From Acinetobacter phage vB_ApiM_fHyAci03, in sequence record NC_049438.1: a stretch of DNA of 64,000 nucleotides. One strand, written 5' to 3'. Below, piece by piece: positions 16,860 through 26,503 of the stretch (position 1 is the stretch's first letter; each line of letters begins with the position of its first letter). The position numbers and the translations under genes were made by a program. A model generated the notes under the pieces. The model made no database searches, was not told where the DNA came from, and worked only from the letters and a program-made list of their open reading frames with translations.

Positions 16860-18368
16860 TTATTTCATTAATTTTTTAATCACTTCGGCATTACGCTTTG
16901 CAGCCATCATTTTCTTCTTCCATTCTTTACGTTGGAAGAACACTTTAGTAATTTCTTGTGGAATGATACCTTGCTTTGTCTTCGAATACATCATACCGCT
17001 TGGCGAGCATGAGAATTCATTTGAAGGACTCGGTGCAATCTTATTAATGAAATCACTAAGTTTAGGCGGTGCAAATTGTCCTGCAATTGTTTCTGGGCTA
17101 ATGTTTACCTGGCGAATGATTGACGGATACAGAGATGTTACGTCAAACGACAAAACATATTTGTACGCACCAGGCACAGGGTTTTTAACATATGCGCCTT
17201 CATACGGTTGTCGAACATTTGGCTTAGCTTCCGGTAAAACTAAGTGCTCGGCTTTTAATGAGTTGAAGATAATTGCATCCCAAGTTTTCACAGGACTCAT
17301 TACTGTTGCAATATTCATTCGAGCGTAATAGCCCATTGAAATTGACAGGTTGATAAATCCTCGTTTTGCGTCAATTGCTTGTACACAGTACACATCGACA
17401 ATGTTATATGAAATATAACGCTGGTGGTTTGATTCACGTAATTTGTCGATTGGCCCATCATATTCTAATTTGTTGATGCCAGCTTCATATTCTGCAATAT
17501 AATCGAGTTTATATGATGGCTGTGAAGTAAACGCAAACTTTTTGTATAAATCCATGTAATCGAGAATCATGATTCCAGAAATATTGAAAATTTCTTTATC
17601 TCCATACATGTTTTGAATGACTTTTGACGTTACTTTACCAAAAGGACTTAAACGTTTCATGTTCGAGACGCCAAGAACGTTTTTGATACGATTTACAATA
17701 TATGGAATATCAAATCCTTCAACGTTCCAACCGGTGAAGATGACAGGAGTTTTTTCTTCCCATAAACGAATGTATTCTAACAGCATTTCCTTTTCTGTTT
17801 CGAATGGCATATACACAACTTTATCTAAAATATGTTGTGGAACTTCATCGCCGCCTTCATCAATTGATTTGCCTGCAAGAACCGGATCCCACTTTGAAAC
17901 ACGTCCACGTTGAGAGTTCAACAAGTCAAACACGTAGTATTTGTCATCAATAGAATCATAGTGTGTAATTGCATCAATTTCATATTTTGCAAAAGTCGGA
18001 TTCGGGAACTCTCCTGCTGTTACCTCGATGTCACAGTTTGCAACACGAATTGCATTTCTGTTATATGTGATGTCCTTTTTTCCATACACATCAGAAATAT
18101 ATGCAAGTTTGAAGTCATCCATACCTAAAATTTCTACAATTCCACGTGTCTTTTGCATCCAGTCTTTAGCCTCACGAATGGAGCTAAAACGTTTAGGAAT
18201 ACATGGCTTGCCATAAATGTCTTTATATTTTGATTCAACGCCTTCTTTGGCATGAATGAACAATGTAGGCTCATATGGAATTTCACGAACTTTTTCGACG
18301 CCATTTTCCACATAACGCTCTTGAATAAGGTCACCAGATTGTTCAACTACTAGATAGAAATTATCCAC
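16860..18368 (-). CDS. 43: DNA polymerase gp43 N-terminal subunit (43A: 3'-5' exonuclease domain and palm motif A)
   Basis: 502 aa; FDIEV exo I, DVTSLYPSII motif A; ends ...AEVIKKLMK* exactly where T4 gp43 continues; GTG start with AAGGAGA SD. Confidence 0.9.
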   Translation of the reverse strand: MDNFYLVVEQSGDLIQERYVENGVEKVREIPYEPTLFIHAKEGVESKYKDIYGKPCIPKRFSSIREAKDWMQKTRGIVEILGMDDFKLAYISDVYGKKDITYNRNAIRVANCDIEVTAGEFPNPTFAKYEIDAITHYDSIDDKYYVFDLLNSQRGRVSKWDPVLAGKSIDEGGDEVPQHILDKVVYMPFETEKEMLLEYIRLWEEKTPVIFTGWNVEGFDIPYIVNRIKNVLGVSNMKRLSPFGKVTSKVIQNMYGDKEIFNISGIMILDYMDLYKKFAFTSQPSYKLDYIAEYEAGINKLEYDGPIDKLRESNHQRYISYNIVDVYCVQAIDAKRGFINLSISMGYYARMNIATVMSPVKTWDAIIFNSLKAEHLVLPEAKPNVRQPYEGAYVKNPVPGAYKYVLSFDVTSLYPSIIRQVNISPETIAGQFAPPKLSDFINKIAPSPSNEFSCSPSGMMYSKTKQGIIPQEITKVFFQRKEWKKKMMAAKRNAEVIKKLMK

Positions 18369-18411
18369 GTTATCTCCTTGGTAGGGTATTTTGTATCATT
18401 ATAACACCACA

Positions 18412-18435
18412 AAAGAGGAAGCTAACTCCCTCTTT
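18412..18435 (-). terminator. hairpin upstream of gene 43 (terminator and/or operator)
   Basis: AAAGAGG-AAGCTAAC-TCCCTCTTT; overlaps putative -10 TATAAT (18399-18404, minus). Confidence 0.4.
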
Positions 18436-18446
18436 TATTTTAAAAA

Positions 18447-18680
18447 TTACTTAGATTCAACAACTGTAGTCTTTGTCATTTCTTCGCGAGGTATCCAAGT
18501 GTTCTTGTCGGTTTTGACATAACATCCGGTGATAAAACTATATTTGGTTTGACGACCTGTAATAGATTCATAACTGTTACATTTAACATAACCACTTACC
18601 GTATTGTATGTTAAGCCTACTACAACAATAACACAGACGATAATAACAGAGAATACGAGTTCAGTTAAATTATTACTCAT
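18447..18680 (-). CDS. small membrane protein (77 aa)
   Basis: ORF track; TM segment VFSVIIVCVIVVVGL. Confidence 0.4.
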   Translation of the reverse strand: MSNNLTELVFSVIIVCVIVVVGLTYNTVSGYVKCNSYESITGRQTKYSFITGCYVKTDKNTWIPREEMTKTTVVESK

Positions 18681-19063
18681 TATGCACCTACGACATATTT
18701 TGATTTAAGAGTCCACTCAGCTTTCTGTGCAGCTTTGATAACACGGAAATTGTTAGTAACTTCAATTTCAGGTGGGACATATTCAACCTCAATAAGCCCC
18801 CATGCTTCAAGTGTCTTAGCGATAGAAACGGTACGTTGAACATCTTCATCACTAATATTAACTACTTTACCGTCGAGGCGCATCATATCTTTAAAATGAA
18901 CGATGTACATTTGATCAGCGCCAGTTTGCGGAGACTGCTTCTTCAAAATATGGCAGGATTGATAAAGTACTTTATCTCGTTGGTTAGCGATACCCATACG
19001 AGTCAAAGTTTCTTTAACTTTAAGAAAATTTTCTGGGTGTACCAATTTAATAGGGATCATCAT
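18680..19063 (-). CDS. regA: translational repressor RegA
   Basis: 127 aa; FLKVKETLTRMGIANQRDKVLYQSCHIL matches T4 RegA closely. Confidence 0.85.
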   Translation of the reverse strand: MMIPIKLVHPENFLKVKETLTRMGIANQRDKVLYQSCHILKKQSPQTGADQMYIVHFKDMMRLDGKVVNISDEDVQRTVSIAKTLEAWGLIEVEYVPPEIEVTNNFRVIKAAQKAEWTLKSKYVVGA

Positions 19064-19629
19064 AGCTGCTTCAACTCTTTAATTTCTTTAGGATTTTTAG
19101 TGATAGATTTAAGGAATTCATCTGTTGCTAAAGCTTTAGCCTCTCTAAGAACTGTTTGCAATTTGCCTTTTCGTTCAAGTAATTGACGATAGTTGTAGGC
19201 AACCTGTGAATTCACTTTATAGTAAGCCATAAGAAGCTTGAGTATGTATTGATCTTTAATGCTTTCATCTAACTTTAGTGATTTAGAAAATCGTCGTCCA
19301 TACGGAATAAGGTTCATCAAATAATTATGATGCACTTGATCTGGCAATGAACTTAACATTAAATTAGCATTGTACACAGTAGTCAAGCAATCCATATGCT
19401 GGCTTAACATATTATCAATCATGAATTTTGAATAGTTTTCAAATTGACTGACATTCAATTCACCCTTTACAGAGTTGATGTTATTAAGAATCACAAAGAG
19501 TTCATTTTCAGGTTTCTCTTTATATTCTTCAATAAGTTTTTTAACCATGTCCCAGTCTTTATTAGCCCAGGCTGCCTGATGCGGATTTAGAACTTCCTCA
19601 TCATCGTCAAATAAACATATCATGCTCAT
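19060..19629 (-). CDS. 62: clamp-loader subunit gp62
   Basis: 189 aa; position between regA and 44; overlapping stop/start. Confidence 0.7.
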   Translation of the reverse strand: MSMICLFDDDEEVLNPHQAAWANKDWDMVKKLIEEYKEKPENELFVILNNINSVKGELNVSQFENYSKFMIDNMLSQHMDCLTTVYNANLMLSSLPDQVHHNYLMNLIPYGRRFSKSLKLDESIKDQYILKLLMAYYKVNSQVAYNYRQLLERKGKLQTVLREAKALATDEFLKSITKNPKEIKELKQL

Positions 19630-19690
19630 TTTAATTTACTCACTTAAATTTTAAGGCTATTATATCACATAATAGCCTAAATTGATAACC

Positions 19691-20671
19691 TTATTTTACC
19701 CATTTCATCTCTTTGAGGAGTTGAACGAATAAGTACATCAAATGAATTTCTGGATTTGCTGCAATCCCATGCATTTGATTGTTTTCACCTACAAGTTCAT
19801 ATAAACGAAGAACCGAAACACGATCTACGCGGGTGTATAACTCATCAATAAGTTTCTCAATGAATACTGCATAATCCGGTGCATATTTCTTTGCAAGCTT
19901 GCGAAGTTCTGCAAATTCACCTTTTTGTCCATTTGCTCCTAACGCAGTTATAACGTCATCAATCGAACTTCGAGATTCCATGACCATAGACAGAATGCCT
20001 TGATCAATAATACCATTTGTTGAATAGTGGTCTAAATCACTAATTGTTTTACGAAAATCTGGGAAGTTTTTCTTGACTAATGCTGCAATAACAGTCGGAG
20101 TTTCGACTTTAATGTTTTCATTTTTGCAGATTTCAATGCAACGAACTACCATTTGACGCATCATATTTGTTACGTCTTCACCTATCGGTGCACCGAACTT
20201 AATGACCTTTGCACGAGATTTTATTGGGCGAGAGATGCCATCGAGATTGTTTGCGGTAATAATCACAGAACAATTCTTTGCATAAGCTTCCATGAATGAA
20301 CGCAAGTATCGTTGTGCTTCAGCTAATTGAGGTCTATCAAACTCATCAAGAATAATGACCTTTGGCTTACCTTCAATTGATTTTGATGTTGCAAACCGAG
20401 TTAATTCATTTTTGACAAAGTCGATGCCAATACCTGAACCATTGACAAAAATATATTCTGCACCAATGTCATTACACAATGCCATAGCTACGGTAGTTTT
20501 ACCAGTCCCAGGAGAATTTGATTGAAGGACTAGATGTGGCAGTTTGCCTTTAGCCACTAATCCTTTGAAAATATCTTTATCTGCTTGAGGTAAAATACAT
20601 TCATCCAAAGTAGTTGGACGATATTTTAATTCAAACATATGTTCACGTTCATTAACTGATAAAGCTGTCAT
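19691..20671 (-). CDS. 44: clamp-loader ATPase gp44 (RFC-like AAA+)
   Basis: 326 aa; Walker A SPGTGKTT, DEFD Walker B; synteny. Confidence 0.9.
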   Translation of the reverse strand: MTALSVNEREHMFELKYRPTTLDECILPQADKDIFKGLVAKGKLPHLVLQSNSPGTGKTTVAMALCNDIGAEYIFVNGSGIGIDFVKNELTRFATSKSIEGKPKVIILDEFDRPQLAEAQRYLRSFMEAYAKNCSVIITANNLDGISRPIKSRAKVIKFGAPIGEDVTNMMRQMVVRCIEICKNENIKVETPTVIAALVKKNFPDFRKTISDLDHYSTNGIIDQGILSMVMESRSSIDDVITALGANGQKGEFAELRKLAKKYAPDYAVFIEKLIDELYTRVDRVSVLRLYELVGENNQMHGIAANPEIHLMYLFVQLLKEMKWVK

Positions 20672-20701
20672 AATATTTCTCTCTAATTCAATTCAAAGGA
20701 T

Positions 20702-20717
20702 TGGGCCCGAAGGCCCA
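20702..20717 (-). terminator. UUCG-tetraloop hairpin between genes 45 and 44
   Basis: TGGGCC-CGAA-GGCCCA perfect 6-bp stem. Confidence 0.55.
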
Positions 20718-20722
20718 TACAA

Positions 20723-21412
20723 TTAAAAGTTATGTGTAGACCCATCTTCTACTGAAAGTACATAACTTGATTGAGTGCCAGCAAATTTAACTGCAAACTT
20801 TTCACCAACAGCCCATAACTTAACTCTATAATCATCTGGCAATAATTTCATGTTTTGAATATGAAGAATGAATTTGAATTCTTTATCACCAGTATAATCT
20901 GCAACATCGAATGTTGATAATGGCTTTTCAAAATTAGGATCAATTTCTTTGTTGTATGTTTTGAATACAACTTTGCCATTTGCATTTTCGATTGTTAGAG
21001 TGGTTGCACCGAGTCCGTGAGAGATTTTCATCAATTGTTTGTAATCGTCACCGCTAAGATCAAATTCAACCGATGCTTCTGGGAATTTAATCGCTTTCTT
21101 TGGATAAACAATTGCTGATGGATCTGCTGCCGGCCATGTAATAACTGAACGTTTGCCTTTAATAAGAATTTCATCGCCGTTTGATGTGATTTCTGAATCT
21201 TCACCGGATAGAGATAAAATACCTAAGAATGCATTCAAATCATAAATTGCAACGTTAAATTCAATTTCTTCACCTGGAGGCAATGTAGTTTCACCATAAG
21301 TTGCACCGGATGCAGAACGGGTCATTACAAAATCGCCGGCTTGAAAGTAAATTCCTGAGTTAATTGTTGCAAAGTTTTTAAGGATTGACACAAACTGTTT
21401 AGAAAATTTCAT
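20723..21412 (-). CDS. 45: sliding clamp gp45
   Basis: 229 aa; strong colinearity with T4 gp45 (FATINSGI..., FWPAADPS..., LLWAKG...). Confidence 0.85.
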   Translation of the reverse strand: MKFSKQFVSILKNFATINSGIYFQAGDFVMTRSASGATYGETTLPPGEEIEFNVAIYDLNAFLGILSLSGEDSEITSNGDEILIKGKRSVITWPAADPSAIVYPKKAIKFPEASVEFDLSGDDYKQLMKISHGLGATTLTIENANGKVVFKTYNKEIDPNFEKPLSTFDVADYTGDKEFKFILHIQNMKLLPDDYRVKLWAVGEKFAVKFAGTQSSYVLSVEDGSTHNF

Positions 21413-21450
21413 AATTACCTCTTAATTGTCTTTAAAATTATATCACATCA

Positions 21451-21825
21451 TTATGCTTTAGCTTGTGCTTCACGTTGTGCAAAACGTTCAATAAAGATTT
21501 GAGCAGCTTGGATAAGTAATTCATCTGGGTCTTGGCAATATGCATCTTCAAGGCGTTTCACACCATCGATTCGAACTTCTTTAGCACCTTGTTCACCGGC
21601 ACGTTTATTTGCAGTGGCCATCATATTGACCCAGATTTCATTAACTTCTTTATCAAATGAAACATATAGCTGGCGTTTGACTTCGCCCGGGAAATGTGAG
21701 AACTTAGCTTTAACTTCGTCTGGCATCTGTAAAGACCATGCTTTACGAATACGATTATCGGCTGATTCACCACGAGAATGTTTAGGTTGCAAGTCATTAA
21801 CCGTAATTTCTTTAAAATTTAACAT
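21451..21825 (-). CDS. RpbA-like protein (124 aa)
   Basis: Position downstream of 46 and upstream of 45 as T4 rpbA; size similar. Confidence 0.4.
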   Translation of the reverse strand: MLNFKEITVNDLQPKHSRGESADNRIRKAWSLQMPDEVKAKFSHFPGEVKRQLYVSFDKEVNEIWVNMMATANKRAGEQGAKEVRIDGVKRLEDAYCQDPDELLIQAAQIFIERFAQREAQAKA

Positions 21826-21859
21826 AATGTATTACCTTGTATCATTTGATGAATGTATT

Positions 21860-22096
21860 TTAAATCAAATTATTGAAAGCACTGATAACTTGATTTTGTC
21901 TGTGTGGATCGTATGTATTTTCAATAACAGTCCACGCTGGGCTCCGATTGGACATGATTTTCATACGCGTAGTTTCATCAGGAAATGCCTGAACTAGTTG
22001 TGCTTCTGTGACAATTAGTTCAGCGCCTGTGTATAGATTAATCAATGTCCATGTAGGAATTTCAGGATATGTTATTATATCACTAAATGGTTCCAT
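21860..22096 (-). CDS. hypothetical protein (78 aa)
   Basis: ORF track. Confidence 0.45.
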   Translation of the reverse strand: MEPFSDIITYPEIPTWTLINLYTGAELIVTEAQLVQAFPDETTRMKIMSNRSPAWTVIENTYDPHRQNQVISAFNNLI

Positions 22097-22105
22097 TGTA
22101 CACCT

Positions 22106-22306
22106 TTAATTTACACAAATTACTCGTTGACCGCATTCATCGAATGCTTCTTCTATAGGATCCCACTTGCAAACTGATGGTCTGAAGTGGACTTCTTTAA
22201 CTACATTGCCTTCGTCATCCGATGCTGAAACTATTTTGCAATTCAATAATTCGGGGTCATTTTTAACAAGTCTATTTAGATGGTTCAAATATTGCTTAAG
22301 ATTCAT
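22106..22306 (-). CDS. hypothetical protein (66 aa)
   Basis: ORF track. Confidence 0.4.
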   Translation of the reverse strand: MNLKQYLNHLNRLVKNDPELLNCKIVSASDDEGNVVKEVHFRPSVCKWDPIEEAFDECGQRVICVN

Positions 22307-22500
22307 ATGCCTTTAATCTCTTCATACGGATTTTTGTCTTGTGGATGGCACTCAATAAAGAGTTCCCAGTGTTGTCTAACTTTATGCATCCACTTTTCAT
22401 AATCACCTAGATTGCGATCGTTAAAATCGTGTATGGCTCCATCTAGACAATATAACATATCTTCTAGAACTTCTTGGCATTCAGGTGTTAACTTTTTCAT
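22303..22500 (-). CDS. hypothetical protein (65 aa)
   Basis: ORF track; overlaps neighbours by 4 nt. Confidence 0.4.
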   Translation of the reverse strand: MKKLTPECQEVLEDMLYCLDGAIHDFNDRNLGDYEKWMHKVRQHWELFIECHPQDKNPYEEIKGI

Positions 22501-24182
22501 GATACCTCCATTACAGTAAAACGTCCAACTTTCTTCATTTGAAGATGTTGTCCATAATCTTGCGGGTTATGATCCCGATGGCTGATAATAAACACATTTG
22601 AATCAGGCATATTATTCAAGATAGTAGTGACAGATTTTGTGGCTGATGCATCGAAGGCGCCGTCAAAGATTTCATCTAAAAAGAGACATGAGATTTTGAT
22701 GCCAGATATTTTTTCGGCAATATCTCGCCATGTAAACATCAATGCCAGATCAATTCGTCCTTTTTCACCTTGCGAGAATGATGCGTATGAAAAATCTTCT
22801 CGACCGCGAGATTTAATAGTTTCAGAAAATTCTTCATTTAATGTGAACGAATAGTCTGCTTCCATCATCGCCAAATACGAATTGATTTGTTTGTTGAAAA
22901 TAGGGATGTATTTTTTGATGATGGACCCTTTAATGCCAGAATCTTTTAACATTTCGGTGATGACTGTTCGACGTTGCTTGTCAATGACAAGTGCACTTTT
23001 TCGTTGAATCACATCAGTCAATTCATCTTTGAGGCGTTGAACTTCAGATGTGTTGTCTACAAAATCCTTTTTGGCTTCTTCAAGCGCGGCATTGACCTTT
23101 TTAATACGTTCTATTTGTTGAAGCGCTAATTGGCGATTAGTTGCAATTTTATTTTCTAGGCCACGTATAACTTCTTTGGCATTCAAATATGCAGCCTTAC
23201 GATCATGTATCTCTTTGTGGATTTCCTTGAGGCGCTCAAGTTCTGCGCTGAGTGTGAGTTTAGAGTCTTCGATTTTTTCCACTAATGAGTTGTCTGAAAG
23301 CAATTGAAGGCATGTAGGACATGATCCACCGCCTTCATACAATTTCAATACACGTAAGGTCGAATTAAGTTCACTTTCAGCTTGAACGATAGCTCGATGA
23401 GAATTATGAGACTCTTCACTCGGATCATCGCCTAGTTCTATGGCTAAAATTTGCTCATTGTATGATTGATTTTGTGCTTTAATCTTGTCTACTTCGGCCA
23501 CGGCTTCATCTTTCATAGCTTCCAAACGAGTGATGTTATCGCCAGATAGTTTTTGCTGGCGCTCATTCGCTGTAATAAGAGTTTGAATTTGTGTTTGAAG
23601 ATGCGTAATTGTCAATTCGGTTTTCGATAATTCAGCATTAATGTTGCGAATTTCATCCTTATTGAGCTTGTCCATGTCAGCAAGAATTGACACTTCTAAT
23701 AGGTCTTCAACAAGTTTACGGCGAGCACCAGTAGATAGGCTCATAAATGGTGTGTAACCTGCAGTACCCAGAACTACAACCTGCTTGTATGAGTTATAGT
23801 TCATCCCAATCATTTCTTCAAATTCGCTTTGGAAATCTTTAGCGCTTGCTGCAACATCGAGCGGCTTGCCATCTTTATATACTTCGAAGATATTTGGCTT
23901 GATGCCGCGTTTGATGTAATACTCATGATTGTTGTACTCTAATAACAATTTAACCAATAGGCCCTTTTTGTTAGTTGAGTTAAGTAATTGTCCCTTTTTG
24001 ATGTCACGAAATGGTTTACCAAACAATGCAAATGTAATGGCCTCGAGAAGTGTAGACTTCCCTCCGCCATTTGGTCCTGTGATAAGAGTTTTATGAACCT
24101 TATCCAATTGAATGAATATTGAATTGTCACCGACCGACATGATATTACAATATTCAATTTCTTTAAGTTTAAACGTTTTCAT
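22497..24182 (-). CDS. 46: recombination endonuclease subunit gp46 (Rad50/SbcC-like ATPase)
   Basis: 561 aa; Walker A GPNGGGKST, long coiled coil, signature/D-loop LFLDEIFD. Confidence 0.9.
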   Translation of the reverse strand: MKTFKLKEIEYCNIMSVGDNSIFIQLDKVHKTLITGPNGGGKSTLLEAITFALFGKPFRDIKKGQLLNSTNKKGLLVKLLLEYNNHEYYIKRGIKPNIFEVYKDGKPLDVAASAKDFQSEFEEMIGMNYNSYKQVVVLGTAGYTPFMSLSTGARRKLVEDLLEVSILADMDKLNKDEIRNINAELSKTELTITHLQTQIQTLITANERQQKLSGDNITRLEAMKDEAVAEVDKIKAQNQSYNEQILAIELGDDPSEESHNSHRAIVQAESELNSTLRVLKLYEGGGSCPTCLQLLSDNSLVEKIEDSKLTLSAELERLKEIHKEIHDRKAAYLNAKEVIRGLENKIATNRQLALQQIERIKKVNAALEEAKKDFVDNTSEVQRLKDELTDVIQRKSALVIDKQRRTVITEMLKDSGIKGSIIKKYIPIFNKQINSYLAMMEADYSFTLNEEFSETIKSRGREDFSYASFSQGEKGRIDLALMFTWRDIAEKISGIKISCLFLDEIFDGAFDASATKSVTTILNNMPDSNVFIISHRDHNPQDYGQHLQMKKVGRFTVMEVS

Positions 24183-24796
24183 TTAAGACCCTTTGGTATA
24201 GCGTATGCACCTGAATGAATGTCTAAGTATATAGAACGTGTAGCGCTCCGTATTTCAGGTGACACTGAGCCTGAAATAGAGTCATAAATTGATGCATAGT
24301 AATGTTTTCTTGCTTTAATTATATCACGAATCTGATAAAGCGCGATAGGTTTATAGTCGGTGTTTTCTAATGATGTATTGACATAACGACAATCATTTAA
24401 AGTGGCAAAATGAACATGCCCATGGATATTAATCTTTCCACGTAGTTCTGTCGGATGTAGTGGTGCATGAGACAACCAAAACTCTTTGTACTTACGCAAT
24501 GCTGCTACTTCATCAAATGTTTCACAAAGTTGATGCATTGTCAAATTATCGGTGTCGTGATTTCCACAAATAAGAATCTTTTTGCCTGGCCATTTAGCGA
24601 TTTGACGTGCACGTTCCAATGAAAATACTGCATCGCCTGTAAAGTAACAGACATCTCGTTTTGTTACTGCGTTATAGTATTCACGCTCAACATGTTCAAA
24701 ATGGTCTTGTTCGTCACGAAATTGAGTGCGATATTTTGCGATAGCTTTATGTCCTGCATGCAAGTCGCCATAAAATAATACGTTAGCCATTACCAT
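24179..24796 (-). CDS. calcineurin-like metallophosphoesterase (205 aa)
   Basis: GDLHAGH, GDAV, GNHD motifs; inserted between 46 and 47. Confidence 0.6.
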   Translation of the reverse strand: MVMANVLFYGDLHAGHKAIAKYRTQFRDEQDHFEHVEREYYNAVTKRDVCYFTGDAVFSLERARQIAKWPGKKILICGNHDTDNLTMHQLCETFDEVAALRKYKEFWLSHAPLHPTELRGKINIHGHVHFATLNDCRYVNTSLENTDYKPIALYQIRDIIKARKHYYASIYDSISGSVSPEIRSATRSIYLDIHSGAYAIPKGLK

Positions 24797-25047
24797 TCTC
24801 CAGGTGGAAGTTCTTCACCGATATTTGCATCTATAACTGAATCGACTGCTGCCTCTACTTGATGAGGATATAAACGCATTGAACGCCCAGTCTCTTCGCA
24901 TGTAATTGTAAGTTGTCCGACTTTGCCTCCTTTACGAGTAACAAGATATTCAATCTTGAATCGAGCAGGATATTCGGATGCTAGATTAAACATAATGTGT
25001 TTTGTCTTTGGTTTCTCGTTGACCAATAGAACATTTTTCAATTTCAT
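24790..25047 (-). CDS. hypothetical protein (85 aa)
   Basis: ORF track. Confidence 0.45.
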   Translation of the reverse strand: MKLKNVLLVNEKPKTKHIMFNLASEYPARFKIEYLVTRKGGKVGQLTITCEETGRSMRLYPHQVEAAVDSVIDANIGEELPPGEW

Positions 25048-26054
25048 TTTGAAGCCTCCAAATATAACAATTTTGACATATCTTTGATTGCAGCTGCATC
25101 TTCGGATGTTAAGTCTTCAATCGATTCAACATATTCATCGATAAGTTCAGATAATGACTTTACTTCAGTTGTGTCTTCCTCTTCAATAACTGCACTTGTA
25201 TCTACTCGGTTGACCACTTTAAGTTCATGAACTACATTTTCTAATGCAGTTTCAAATGCAGCTAATTGTTTATCTACTTTAGTGACATACAATCTAACTG
25301 ATAGATTTTTATAGATTTCAGGATTTATTTGAGTAGGATAATCGATACGTCTGTGCCACATAGTATTGTTCTGAATGAATTTTGATTCTTCAGTATCTGA
25401 ATCAAATTCCCAGAATCCACGTGGATCATTTTCATCACCTGCTGTCAATGACCATGGTGTCCCGATATATGTTACATTTTTATTTTCAGAAATTGTATGG
25501 AAATGCCCAGACCAAACACGTTTATACGACTTCAAGAAATCAGGTTCTTCGCCATGAGATTCCATACCTTTGTAGAAATAGAACCCATTGAGTTCAAAAT
25601 GCCCCATGCAATATTTCGATTTAGATGCCTTAATAAATTTTAAAATTTCTTCTCGATTCTCTTCACAGATCCAAGGCACCATATCAATCTCTACGCCTAA
25701 ATCTATAGTTGTAGGAGAACTAATGACTGTGAAATTTTCAAATTGTGTCAATAATTCGTCACATGCATTAGGGAAGATAGTATTTTTAAATGTTGCATCA
25801 TGGTTGCCGACAATAACATAAACTTTAATGCCAGCATCAAGAATCTCTTGGCAAATTTTTCTGTTGAAATTCATTGTCTTATGTGTGATTGCCTTACGAA
25901 CATCAAACCAATCGCCAGCCTGCAACCAAGTTGTTATTCCTCTGGATTTAGAGTAATCAATGGCCTGTCTAATTCCTTGCAATTGGATGTTCTGGATCCA
26001 TGGATCATCTTGACGAACACCAATATGCAAGTCTCCTAATTTCAAAAATTTCAT
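25044..26054 (-). CDS. 47: recombination nuclease subunit gp47 (Mre11/SbcD-like)
   Basis: 336 aa; phosphoesterase motifs GDLHIG, GDWFD, GNHD, GHFH. Confidence 0.9.
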   Translation of the reverse strand: MKFLKLGDLHIGVRQDDPWIQNIQLQGIRQAIDYSKSRGITTWLQAGDWFDVRKAITHKTMNFNRKICQEILDAGIKVYVIVGNHDATFKNTIFPNACDELLTQFENFTVISSPTTIDLGVEIDMVPWICEENREEILKFIKASKSKYCMGHFELNGFYFYKGMESHGEEPDFLKSYKRVWSGHFHTISENKNVTYIGTPWSLTAGDENDPRGFWEFDSDTEESKFIQNNTMWHRRIDYPTQINPEIYKNLSVRLYVTKVDKQLAAFETALENVVHELKVVNRVDTSAVIEEEDTTEVKSLSELIDEYVESIEDLTSEDAAAIKDMSKLLYLEASK

Positions 26055-26115
26055 ATGAATACCTTATCTAATCTATGGATCTATTATATATCATATAGTA
26101 TGCATAGTAAACAAC

Positions 26116-26131
26116 AAAGGACCGAAGTCCC
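26116..26131 (-). terminator. UUCG-tetraloop terminator upstream of gene 47
   Basis: GGAC-CGAA-GTCC; minus strand reads AAGGGAC-UUCG-GUCCUUUGUUGUUU. Confidence 0.5.
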
Positions 26132-26136
26132 TTAAA

Positions 26137-26499
26137 TTATTTTTGTTCTAGTTTAGCGGCTTTGTGAGCTATATCCAACATCGCTTCGCGAGAAGAGTTC
26201 CACATTGCACGAATTAATTCATCATTATATGGCTGACGATAGAACTTACGAAGTTTTTTAATTGCATAAGAATATCCAGTGAAATTATTTGTAATTAGAC
26301 ATTCACCTGCATGTTTTTTGAGGCGTTCTAATTCCTTTTTGTTACGTTTAATTAATTTCTGCGCTCGTTTTTGCGCTTGAGCTTCAATGCGTCTCTGAAT
26401 TTTCTCTGCATCATATTCATCTATAACTGAGTCTAAGAATTCGTCATCACGTTCAACAGTTTCAGATTCGATAAATAACTGTTCGATATTAGCTTCCAT
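26137..26499 (-). CDS. hypothetical protein (120 aa)
   Basis: ORF track; UUCG terminator downstream. Confidence 0.5.
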   Translation of the reverse strand: MEANIEQLFIESETVERDDEFLDSVIDEYDAEKIQRRIEAQAQKRAQKLIKRNKKELERLKKHAGECLITNNFTGYSYAIKKLRKFYRQPYNDELIRAMWNSSREAMLDIAHKAAKLEQK

Positions 26500-26503
26500 A
26501 GCT

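Noticed and set aside
16963-18346. Plus- and minus-strand small ORFs inside 43A (121, 98, 72, 62, 70 aa)
   Set aside because: They are embedded in the DNA polymerase N-terminal subunit coding region, either on the opposite strand or out of frame.
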